Assembly (NCBI GenBank): GCA_043228905.1
Contig: JBHGNT010000009.1
Location: forward strand, 12,648,001-12,712,000
Direction: 5' to 3'
DNA: 64,000 nucleotides
Source of the DNA: Azolla caroliniana
Taxonomy: Eukaryota; Plantae; Polypodiophyta
A program made the translations under genes and the position numbers. The notes beneath the pieces are model-generated. The model had not been told where the DNA came from and made no database searches. It was given only the letters and a program-made list of their open reading frames with translations. Positions 35,702-47,457 of this stretch are shown here, in pieces (position 1 is the first letter of the stretch; the number at the start of each line of letters is the position of its first letter).

Positions 35702-37176
35702 TTTACTGGTCTTCTTTTTGGATGGTCTTGATTGCACTTTAGATGCCCTTTTCGGGGCCTTCACTAGGGAGCGAAAATATAAGTTAGGTGGTTGCATAGA
35801 TTAAGGTTGTATATTAAAGTATACATAAGTAGATCAAGACAAAAATTAGCAGGCGATTTGTGCTAAACTATAAATATCAATCATACTTTCAGTGAACATG
35901 ATAGTCCTTTATTCGGAATTTAAATCTAGTAAGGGCTATTCAACTTCGAAAATTATATATCTCAATAATTATACAAGGTTATGTATCATATTGAAGGGTA
36001 GGTGTGGCTTATATTAATTCCATATCCATATTGTATAGAATTTTAATACAACATAACTAAATTTGGTATCATAAAGGTAATTCGTGGGTTATTTTCTATT
36101 ATTTTAAGTTATTATAGGTCATAAAACCTTTTTAAGTAAGGTTGCTAGTTGTTACAAAATATAGCAAATGTCACTAAAAATAGCTGAATTGAACATAAAT
36201 TTGGTATCTTTTCACACATATACTAACTTGTTCCCCCGAAGACACAATATTCCTGTTTAAATTTTATGTTTTATACAATAACTCGATACGGCGTATCGAG
36301 TTCATGATTCACATTGTTGATGTTAAGGGGGAGATGACAATTTTGTGTTGCGTGCTCTGTGTGCTTTGTCTACTCTGTGTGCTCTTGTGCTTTGTTCTAC
36401 GCGTGTGCTTTGTGTGATTGAGATATGAGGAGGTCTTTCTATTTATAAGGATTGACCACAGTGGTTAAAGTAACCACAGTCACTTTAACCAGGGTTGGCA
36501 AGCTTAAGGTTAGTTAGTTAGACCAATGAAAGAGTTGCTTTATTTAGTACATAATCTTGAATGTACCAATCACTCTCTAATGGATTTGAATTAAATGATG
36601 CTTATGAATGCATCAATCATTAAATACTCAAACTAACATATTAATGATTATTTTATAGTCAAACTAACATACAATGACTTTGAAGGTCATGAAGGAAACA
36701 ATGATAGAGGTTCATGAATGAACCAATGATTAAATACTCAAAGCAACATTTTTATGACTCTCAAATACTTTGTATTAAAGATGTGGCCATGAATGAACAA
36801 ATGATTGAAAAGGCTTATATTTAAAATGGTGGGCATGAATGAACCAATGATTGAGAAGTTCTATATTAAATATGGGTGCCATTAATTAACCAATGATTTT
36901 AACTTTAAACCAACATATATATGGCTTGGTAATGATTGTATTTATATTATACTTCATGGCTAAAGTAAATTTAATTTAAATTATATATTATAGAATTAAT
37001 AAGGTATAAAATATAATTGATTTAACTCTTTATTTATTGTATTAATATAATATAGACATTATATTGAGGGAGTTTCTGTTTAGAGAGGAGTTTATGTTTA
37101 GAGAGGGGAGGAGCCTATCAGTTTTCTATATTAGCCCAAGGACATAACTTAAAGAGCTTTGTGTGGACCTTAAGCC

Positions 37177-37809
37177 ATGAGTCAAGACTCACCGTTCTCG
37201 ATTGAAGAATATTGTTTGTCATCAGACTCTTCGTTTTTCTACCGAAGAGTATTTATTGTCTATCGACAGACTCACCATTTTCTATCGAAGAATATTGTAT
37301 AAGCTCATCTTCACCTACAACACATGTGAATAATGACACATGTGAAGAGTTCTCTATTGAAGAATACGATATTAATAAAGATACAGAGAATGAAGGTAGT
37401 GCCAATGAAACATCGAATATCATGGGCGATGGTCACAACAAAGAATTAGATTGTAACAAGGATACACCAACTTCTATGCAGGAAGAGAAATCTAGAAACC
37501 CTATGCATATTAGAAGAATCCCACGTAGAATTCGTCTGGCCAGATTTAACTTGGTGACATCAGATAAGCAAATTGGATTTGATGTCAACAAAATATGTTG
37601 TGCCCGTGGTTGTATGTCTATGATTGGAAAATCAAAGTTGCGAGAATTAAGGCGATACTATTTTTCGATGACTGGTGATGAGCAAGACACTTACCTCGGG
37701 TCACATATGCAACTAGTGTCTGACAAATGTACGGGGATCAAAGTATCATTCGAGTATTATATCTTCCATGTGCAACAGATATGTAGAGTTGCATTCAAAA
37801 TTGTGTTAT
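37177..37809 (+). pseudogene. DUF7869/Sola1-like transposase, 5' part
   Basis: DSPFSIEEYC repeats, CCARGC, ICRVAFKIVL; joins 47458 in frame (KIVL|CVSNMRL) when the nested element is removed. Confidence 0.78.
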
Positions 37810-38175
37810 GGGTGAAAGCATGCGAGTGGAAACAATTAGCTATGTCCTTGACATAGCTAATTAGCTATGCAAAAAGCTACCATTGATAAATAGTCATTTT
37901 AGTAAGAAGCCCTCATTAATAAATTAACTATGCAAAAAACTACCATTGAAAATACTAGAGTGTTTTAATTACATATGTAAATGAGTGCCATAAATGTGCA
38001 ACATAAACGTGCAACATAAATTGATATGTGCACCATAAATGTGTACCATAAATTATATATCGAATTCCTAGGTCCATTATGCATGATCCTTTGCCACATC
38101 ACGTAGGCCATCTCTAGTTGAGTATTGTGGGTTAGTTGCTACCACTGTTGCTAAACCCTATCGAGTCCACCTTCC

Positions 38176-38660
38176 GCCACTCTACACTCAGGGGCCGCTA
38201 CTGTGCGTTCCAAGCATCATCAAAGAGTTGTTCAATCTGATGGGGTTCTCTTCTTTGTGCCACTCTACACTCAGGGGCCGCTACTGTGCGTTCCAAGCAT
38301 CATCAAAGAGCTGTTCAAGCTGACGTTCTCTTCTCTGTGCCACTCTACACTTAGGGGCCGTTACTGTGCGTTCCAAGCATCATCAAAGAGCTGTTCAATC
38401 TGACAGGTTTCTCTTCTCTGTGCCACTCTACACTCAGGGGCCGCTACTGTGCGTTCCAAGCATCATCGGTAACTGTTCAATCTGACGGGGTTCTCTCCTC
38501 CATTGCCATCATTCTACACTCAGTTGCCGCTACTGTCCAGTCCTGGATTGCTTCCACATTTCGATTTGACGGAGTTCACTCATCCAACAGCAACATTCTA
38601 CACTCAGTTGTCGCCATTGGTCGATCCTGGATCGCCTCCTCAACTGTTCGATCCAACGGA
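38176..38660 (+). repeat. About 83-bp tandem repeats upstream of the Sola2-like transposase
   Basis: gccactctacactcaggggccgctactgtgcgttccaagcatcatc four times, then degenerate units. Confidence 0.9.
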
Positions 38661-38829
38661 GTGAACTCCTCTATTGTTCGGTCTTGGATTGCAATAACTT
38701 TTCTGTCTATTGATTATCTTGTGTATTGTTGTGTTTAATCTTGTGTATTGTGGAATATTTTTGTGTATTGTTGTTGCCCATAGCCATCTTAAATACTTGT
38801 TTTTTTTTCTGGAAATTTAGGGTTTTAAT

Positions 38830-41800
38830 ATGTCCAGCCAAATGGAAGGGGAAGGAGGGTGTTTAGAATTACCCCTCAATGATCATAAGGATAGGGATGA
38901 TGCTATTAGGACACAAAAAGCCATACGAAACTATTGGACAGAAAAAAAAAGGAAACATCGTCAATTGTTGAAGGATACGAAAGCCACACTCAGTAAAGGT
39001 AAGGATAGTTTAGCTGAGAATGTAAGTAATGCGACTACCATCATAGAGAGAAAGGTTGTAGACTATTTCAATGTTCAAACCAAGCACATCAGCAATGAAG
39101 AAAAGAAGGTAGTACTTTATGGAATATGTAATGATCCATCGATAAAGGACTTAGTTGATTGTGATGGTCTTAATGCAAACATATCATCTATTTTAGTAAA
39201 TAATCTTCGTAATAGTTTCGTATCCATGAGCAGGTCAGAAGATGATCTTGTCTTAAAAAGGTCTAGTCTAATGATGTTACTTAATAGTGATGTTGACGAT
39301 ATAAACATCAGTGAGCTATCTAAGGTAATTGGTGTTAGTAGAAAAACAGTGTACAATACAATGAACCGTATAATTTCCTCGGGTGAAGGAACTAGTCTAC
39401 TAAAGCTAACTACAAGATGTAAGCCAATGACACCCATAACATTTGAAATCAAGGATGTAATCACAATGTTTTGGACTAATGAGAGTAGGGTTTCACCCAA
39501 TAAAAAGGATTTATGCAGGAAACGTGTTGGAAGAAATCAATACGAGGAGCATCCCATTCATCTTCTTGATGTACCTTAGGTATTTATATTTATCTCAACA
39601 TTTGTTTTGACTCTACACGGAAAGTTAATTAGCTCGGTTAGCAGAAAAGCTAATTAGCTTATCAGTTACATTTACCTCAGTTAGCTACTAGGATAGCTAC
39701 TACATAGGTAATTGGCTACTCTCAATAGCTACTACCATGATAGCTAATTAGCTATTCTCAATAGCTAATTTAGGTACTACCAGATAATTAGCAGTCCTGG
39801 TAGCTAGTTAGCTATTTCGTTATTACCAGCTAATTAGCTACTAGGAATGCTAATTAGCTACCATGATAGCTAATTACCTTACTAGGACAGCTAATTAGCC
39901 ACCATGATAGCTAATTAGCTACCATGATAGCTAATTAGTTACTAGGAAAGCTAATTAGCTACCATGATAGCTAATTAGCTACTGGGACAGCTAATTAGCC
40001 ACCATGATAGCTAATTAGCTACTAGACCAGCTAATTAGCTACCATGATAGCTAATTAGCCACCATGATAGCTAATTAGCTACTAGACCAGCTAATTAGCT
40101 ACCATGATAGCTAATTAGCTACTAGACCAACTAATTAGCTACTAGGACAGCTAATTAGCTACCATGATAGCTAATTAGCTACTAGAATAGCTAATAAGCT
40201 ACTAAAATAGCTAATAAGCTACTAGAATAGCTAATTAGCTACTAGAATAGCTAATTAGCTACTAGGATAGTTAGCTAGTTACGAGAATAACTAATTCCCC
40301 TTTATTACGCAGGTCGAATTATTTATTAGGTTCAAACGAATGCATCCAACTATCAAAGTTCAACTACGAACATTCGAGTCTCTTAAGCCACACTTTGTGA
40401 GACGCTTAAAGGATCGATACACATGTTGTTGCATTTACCATGTACAGATGGGTTTTCTGAAGGACTCTGTTAATCTACTACGTCACCATAGCGCATCCCT
40501 AACTAATACAGTTTGCACATGTGGGTGCCCAATCTGTCGATCAAGCTCGCAAGAGGAGTGTAAATCATCTGAGCACGTTATCTCTTCCATGAGTTATTTA
40601 TTAGATTCAATATTGTGTCCGAGAGAAACTGACGCTATCTTCCATATTCATAAATGTGTCATGGGTTTATGTCAAGATTGTGGCCCTACTAGATTTAGGT
40701 GGTGTCCAAATGAATTGAGTAGTGAAATATTGATCTCTGTGAAGTTCTTTGAGTTAGTGAACACCAATTTCGAAGGAAAGGTGTGTAAAAGAAAGGATCT
40801 AGTTCGGAAGATGCTTAAACCAAGGGATTTGGTGTCTCTGTTTGTAGTATCTCTAGGAAAGTTCATTAAACACAACTTCATTTATTCATGGCAGGCCCAT
40901 CAGTTTAAGACTTGCATATCTGATTTCCCAAATGATGTAGTAGTCTTCGTAGTAGATTTCGCAGAGAATTATACTTTCAAGCAGTAGAATGAAATTCAAT
41001 CTATGCATTGGTGTTCAGTTTAGGTAACCATTTTTGTGCACATAACATATTTTCGAGTTTCAGGTGATGTTAAAAAAGTAATTCATTTCTTTATTTCCGA
41101 TGATAAGAAGCATGATACCTTGTTCGTCCAACACTATTTTAAGTTACATTGGCAGTGGTTATTAGCTCAACATTTGGAGCTTACTCAACATTGGGTCTGG
41201 TTTGACGGAGCTGCGTCACAATTCAAGGCTTGACGTCCATTTTATTTTGTGGGGAGGTATCCTGCTATAACAGGTTTGGAGATGAGATGGAATTTTTTTG
41301 GGTCTGGCCATGGTAAAGGTGAACATGATGGTGCAGGGGCTGTTATAAAGCGGGCACTTACCCATGAACAACTAAAGACAGATGGTGTGCACATGAATTG
41401 TGCATCACATGTAGTTGAATTTTTAAGAACAAATATGACAACGAGTGCAACATGTGTTTATTCCTCGCAAGTCCGAGATATCAAACGTGAATTTTGGGAA
41501 GTGAAGATAGATGAAGTAAATAGGGAGAAGACCTGGGAGTGCCAAGGAATTCCCGAATTGCAATCTCTGCATGCTGTTCGCGGTTATTCCAGGTTGGATG
41601 GTCATTGTATTGCGGTTAGAGAATTGACTTGTTTTTGCTTCCATTGTGTGCAGGGAAATTGGAGATATTGTCTAAACAAAGCATACATTCAGAATTGGGA
41701 GTATCACACTCTGAATGATAAGTAGTTGATGGAGAAACAGGGCAGAATGCTGACTTCACATATGAGGGACTTGGAGATACTTTGAGTGATGTCCTGAACG

Positions 41801-42150
41801 TTGGGGATAACTTCGCTGTAAATGCTAAAGAAGGCAATTCAGAGGGTGTTGATTTCTATATATTGAAGTGCACGGTTAGTAAACAGTGTGCAAGGTAGAA
41901 TATTGTAGATGCATGGGGAAATTTTGTATCTGTCGGGACATTCTACATCGAAGGCATTTTTTATGCAAAACTAGATGACTACGAATATGTGTACAGGCTG
42001 TTAGAAGACAAACCAGCGGCGTACATGTACTCTCATTTGGTCAGGTGCATCAACGTCCCAATGTCAGAATACAATAGCTGCTCAGGTTTATACACTGTTG
42101 GTGCTAATGTGTATGAATGTATTTACAATAGTATGCCATGGAATTTGTAG
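38830..42150 (+). pseudogene. Sola2-like DDE transposase, 2 exons (intron 39580-40312)
   Basis: FESLKP, TCCCIYH, Cys-rich region, VDFAENY..Q.EIQSMHW, ISDD..HD, DGAASQFK, FFGSGHGKGEHDGAGAVIK; several premature stops. Confidence 0.85.
39620..40295. repeat. Array of the palindrome AGCTAATTAGCT in the transposase intron
   Basis: About 20-bp units such as gatagctaattagctaccat. Confidence 0.95.
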
Positions 42151-44299
42151 ATACAAGTAGCAATTACCATGTTCTCTTGTAAAACAAAAATGTATTTCGC
42201 GAAAACAGTTAAATAAATTCGTTTGAGAATCAATTTCTTGTATACAGTCTGCTTTCTGTGCTTCTTTCTCAATAAAATCATGTCTTTTTTGTTAAGTTTT
42301 AAGTTATAAGTTATAGCGAAATAGTCATCAGTAGCTAATTAGCTGTACAAATGCAGCTAATTAGCTGTCAATAGCTAAATAGTCATCAATAGCATGAAAT
42401 CAACAATCTGCAACATATTCCTCAAATTACATAGTAGATAAGTACAGTGGGAACAAGTAATTAAATTCTTCATTGAATAATGTCATCTCTTTACATATTT
42501 ATAAATTACCATTGGAAATGTCTACAAATCTCCTATAAACAGCTAAGCTCTTGCTAGTCAGTGGAACGAGTCTACATATATTATCCGCATATCGATCTCG
42601 GTATGGAGTCCACAACCATGCACCTAGTTGGCAGCTCACTGTTTGCACCAGGTACTGTTCAGGCATTTCCTCGGGTAGAATGAGACAACATCTCCGAATA
42701 TTGAAGTAGTGCTAGAAATGTTCTGTATCCAAAATAAATGTATTGTCGGCATTATATTCAGGCCAAGTAGCCCAAAAATCAGAAAGTCTCTTGAATCTTG
42801 TAGCTTCCATTTGCTCACAATTTTCTCGTGCCCATTGACCTTTAAAACGACTTCGCCATTTTGGGAAGAATCTTGCTAAACACCTCCACACATCTGATTT
42901 TGGTTTTTCACTCCAAATAAACAAATCAAAGTATTGCACAGCCCACTCTAGAAACTGATTCGTGTCCCTCCTTGGCTGCATATATCTCACACTCATCAAG
43001 ACTTTATCAAGCTCCAAGATCAAGGCTCTTCTTTCGACTTCTAGTGGTTTAGGTTTCCATTCCTGAAACTGAGCCGCTGTTACACCATTTTCTGGTAGGA
43101 CACGATCAATCTCAATCAGCTCAGGTTCGGCCAACACAACTGGCATCCTTTTCCTCTTCAAACCCCTAGTCGACTGTGTTGGGCTTGGCTTCACATTCTG
43201 GTGCTCTTGTTTTGTCGACTTAGTTATCAATCCTTGGATTACCTCGGTGCATGTAGCTATTGATCTGCTCGATATCAGTCCACTGGTATCACATGTTGCA
43301 TCTACCTGCAACACCAAGTCATCCGTGCAACATGTTGCATCTACCTGCAACACCAAGTCATATGTGCAACATGCTTGATCAACTTGTGTGACCAGATCAC
43401 TTGTGTCAGTTGCTACATCTACTTTCAAGATGGGGCCCTTTAAACATGCTGCAACATCAACAGTATCCACACTGCCATTGGCCTTACGAGCAATAGAATC
43501 AAACCCTTTAGACTCTGCAACATCAGAAAACACCAACATATTCACACTCACAAAGTAACTAACAGTCTCACAAAACAACATCCTGAACATCAATGAGTTT
43601 CAGTCATAGAACAACACTCTTCAAATTATCTTGGAAAAACATCATAGAGTTCCATTACATAATGTGGATCAAGCAACAACCAATCTGAGGTTTTACTTGT
43701 CCAACAGGATAGTAAAACTTCATAAAACCCTAGCAAAATCCCTAAGCTAACAATCATATCCAACTAAACAGTATTTCGCTCCACTACGTTTGGGCCCCTT
43801 GACCGAGTAATTGGTCTTGTTCCCGATCGTGGCCCCTTCTTCAGCCTTTTTCTGGTCGGTTGCCCATTTAGCCTTGCTTCTTTCACCCAATGCGCAAGTG
43901 TGTCCTCCGACAACCTTCCCATCGCCTCAACAGCTAATTGCACATCAGCCGTTTCTTGAACTAGCTTTTCAAGTACAGAGGGATCTGTTTGGACATTTTC
44001 AGTAGTTGGGCTCGGTGGGGTGGAATCAAGGTCTTGAGATTCGAAGAAATGTTGCATCAAGTGTTCATAAACACTGTTGTTGTGAACCTCAGTTTTACAT
44101 GTTGTTTCCACTATTTCATGGCATTTCACATCGTTGCCTAATTCAGTACATTGTTCCAAAAGAATAGGGTGGAGCTGATCTGAAGGAGATGTGATAGCAA
44201 GACTCTTACGTTGGCAGCAGTATCCTCATCTGTTGCAGTGTCATCAGCACCAGACACATCATGTGTCGTCCTTAATCCACAAGATTCTACAATAACATG

Positions 44300-45145
44300 G
44301 CAGCTATTTAGGATAGCTAATTAGCTACTTTACTAAACTATGGTAGAAGCTAGGATAGCTAATTAGCTAGTACGATAGCTAATTAGCTAGTATGATAGCT
44401 AATTAGGATAGCTAATTAGCTAGTACGATAGCTAATTAGCTACTTTACTCAACTATGGTAGTAGCTAGGATAGCTAATTAGCTACTTTACTAACTATGGT
44501 AGTAGCTAGGATAGCTAATTAGCTACTAGAATAACTAATTAGCTAGTAGGATAGCTAATTAGCTACTTTCTCAACTATGTAGTAGCTAGGATAGCTAATT
44601 AGCTGCCAGTAGCTAATTAGCTGCTAGTAGCTAATTAGCTACTAGGATAGCTTATTAGCTACTTTACACAACTATGGCAGTAGCTAATTAGCTACTAGGA
44701 TAGCTAAGTAGTTGCCAGTAGCTAATTAGCTAGTACCATAGCTAATTAGCTACTAGGATAGCTAATTAGCTGCTAGTAGCTAATTAGCTACTAGGATAGC
44801 TTATTAGCTACTTTACACAACTATGGTAGTAGCTAATTAGCTAGTAGGATAGCTAATTAGCTACTAGGATAGCTAATTAGTTGCCAGTAGCTAATTAGCT
44901 ACTTTACACAACTATGGTGCTAGCTAATTAGCTATGAGTAGTTAATTAGCTAGTAGCTAACTAGCTGCCACTTAGCTAATTAACTACTGTAGTAAACTAT
45001 GGCAGTAGCTAATTAACTAATAGGATAGTTATTAGCTGCTTTAATCAACTATGGTAGTAGCTAATTAGCTACAACGATAGCAGCAAAATAGTTTCCATAC
45101 TTTTTACGACTTAGCTAATTAGAAAAGACTAAGCTTATTAGCTAC
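44300..45145. repeat. Second AGCTAATTAGCT array
   Basis: ggatagctaattagctac units interleaved with aactatggtag. Confidence 0.95.
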
Positions 45146-46439
45146 AGTATGGTATACCTGTTAGTTTTCTCCACTCATTTGGTAGAGTTGTACTGCAATC
45201 TCCCAAACAGAATGCAGCAATTCGACAGGCATGTTGAAAACAAAGCAGATGTTATGTGTGGTTGCATGGTTGTAGGTGAACCAACAAAGACACAGTTTTG
45301 TCCTCCACACCTAACCCTCAAGCGATGCAACGTGCTTGAACTGTCAATAAATCATTTTCTGGTTCTCCTTCATTTGGTAAGGGAGCAAGAATGTTCAGGT
45401 CCAAATCCTGTCTGGTCCTTACCATTCCCTCCACAAAATGTAGCTGCTTCTTAAGGCAGCTAACTACCTGTTCTTGATGAATGTATTGTTCCTTCAACTT
45501 TGCTCAGGAATCGTTAACTTACTTGAAGCTTATCCAAATTGTAATCTGCAACAGTATTTACACCTAGAAGGTCCAGGTTCATTGAAAGAACCTAGATCTC
45601 TATTTGCAGTTGTATTTTACACTGGGGATCCATTGACCCCTCTAATTCAAGCTCCTATTGCGCAACCTATTCGAGATAATGCTTGATTAGCACATTTTAC
45701 CCTTAAAGTTATTTATAACACAATCACATACCAGCAAAACAGTAGTTACCTGAATCTTATTTCTAATCGTTGTAACAGCGGAAGTAACTTTGCTCTCCAT
45801 TGCAGAAGCCATTGTGGCTTTCTCTAAATCAGTCTTAAAAAATGCCAATGTCTCACAGGCTTCATGGACATTTTTTAGCATATAGCTAACCAATGTCTCA
45901 CCTGTATCATCGACATTGGCTTTCCTTGGGTGTCGGTGTGGTGTATGCCCCCGGTCTTGCTGGGAGTCGGCAATTGCATCAACAGCTGCCATGCTCCAAA
46001 ATCTGTCTATTTTTTGTGCCAAGGTCCCCATCTTTCGGCATCTTTTTACCGATGCCTCACCATAGACTGCCCAAGCTACCCTATACATTTCAGGGTCTCT
46101 GGATTCCTTCGCTATTTTGCAATACTCATATGCAAATGCTCTAGCAAATGAAACTGACAACTCATTGTTGACTGGGATCTCCTGATGAACTTTCTGGTGC
46201 AGCCTCATGCAGTCATCGTACAAGTCGGCTCGTACATGCTTCAGCTTGACCTTGCCTTTGACTCTAGGCACTGTATATACTGTCATCCAGTCTACATCAC
46301 TGATCAATTTATCACTTAGGACAGCAAGGTCAACACCCTCGAGTGACAAATCATAGGTGTTGTGGAAGTCCTCCTTTGTCTCGCAAAATTTTGCGAAGTT
46401 TAGCACTCTCGGATACGGAGGAACGAGCCATCTGAAATA

Positions 46440-46905
46440 TCATTTCAGAAATCAGAAATAGTGCAAAATCTTTAACTTAGCAAATCAGAAACCCGAATCA
46501 TAATTTGTATTCAGAAATTTGAAATCAGAAACCCTAATCAAAATCTGTAATCAGAAGTTTGAAATCAGAAACCCTAATCAAAATCTGTAATCAGAAGTTT
46601 GTAACTAGAAACCCTATTCAGAAATTCTAATCAGAAATTTATAATCAAAAACCCTAATCAGAAATTTCAATCAGAAATCCTAAACAAAAATTTATAAACA
46701 AAAACCCTATTCAAAAATTCTAATCTATAATCAAAATTTGAAACCAGAAACCCTATTCAAAAATTCTAATCAAAAATTTATAATCAAAAACCCTAATCAG
46801 AAATTTCAATCAGAAACCCTAATCAGAAATTTCAATCACAAACCCTAATCAGAAATTTATAAACAAAAACCCTAATCAAAAATTTCAATCAAAAACCCCA
46901 ATCAT
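46440..46905 (+). repeat. AAACCCTAATCAGAAATT-type minisatellite (telo-box-like)
   Basis: About ten aaacccta motifs in degenerate 25-38-bp units. Confidence 0.85.
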
Positions 46906-47457
46906 CACTAAAGACAGGATTAAACACAAAAAAAGTAATATAAACACACATGCTGCTACTCTCCGATCTACGAGACATCCTTGTATGGGACTCCAAGGAC
47001 TTCGCCCTATTCGATTTTGGGGAAATATGAATCGGCACCAAAGTTCAGATAGTAATCAAAAAGAAAAAAAAAATGTTTGGGGTTTCTGTAACTGAAACAT
47101 ACCTGGACGATGATCGAGCGGGTTCTGTGTTGTAGCTCTCAATCTGCAATGTCGATTTTCTACTGCTGTGGGAGCTATGTCTGCGTTCGTGCTCTGAGTA
47201 CTCCATCTGCGTTCAAAATCAAACTTAAGCTAAACAAGAAATTGATGACATTGAAGTCGACCTTAGATGATGGTGCTATTCCCCAAGTTCCACTACGTCT
47301 GAAACAGAAGTTCAAATATTTGAGTTTTTTCATAAATTAGTTTTTCAAATATTTGATTTTCCCACAAAAAAGACTAGCTAAACAAATAGCTAATTAGCTA
47401 TGGCCATTTTAGTAGCTAATTAGCTATAATAGTATTTCCACTCGCATGCTTTTACCC

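Larger units (their letters stand above)
42499..46978 (-). pseudogene. Multi-exon cargo gene(s) of the Sola2-like element, ending in a degenerate FCP1/NIF (HAD) phosphatase-like domain
   Basis: ORFs 45687-46406, 43764-44159, 42712-43593; ALILELDKVL, QFLEWAVQYFDLFIWS, FKRLSDFW, NTFILD. Exon joining only partly resolved. Confidence 0.55.
37810..47457 (+). mobile_element. Sola2-like DNA transposon, 9648 bp, both ends present
   Basis: 23-bp TIRs GGGT(G/A)AAAGCATGCGAGTGGAAA (37810-37832, 47435-47457), 4-bp TSD TTAT, internal transposase. Confidence 0.88.

Noticed and set aside
38176-38520. Regular ~83-bp repeats resembling a CRISPR array
   Set aside because: Whole units repeat with no unique spacers, no cas genes, eukaryotic TE context.
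46440-46905. Telomere or telomere-healing site
   Set aside because: Motifs are dispersed in longer units, not tandem TTTAGGG, and lie inside a TIR-bounded element.
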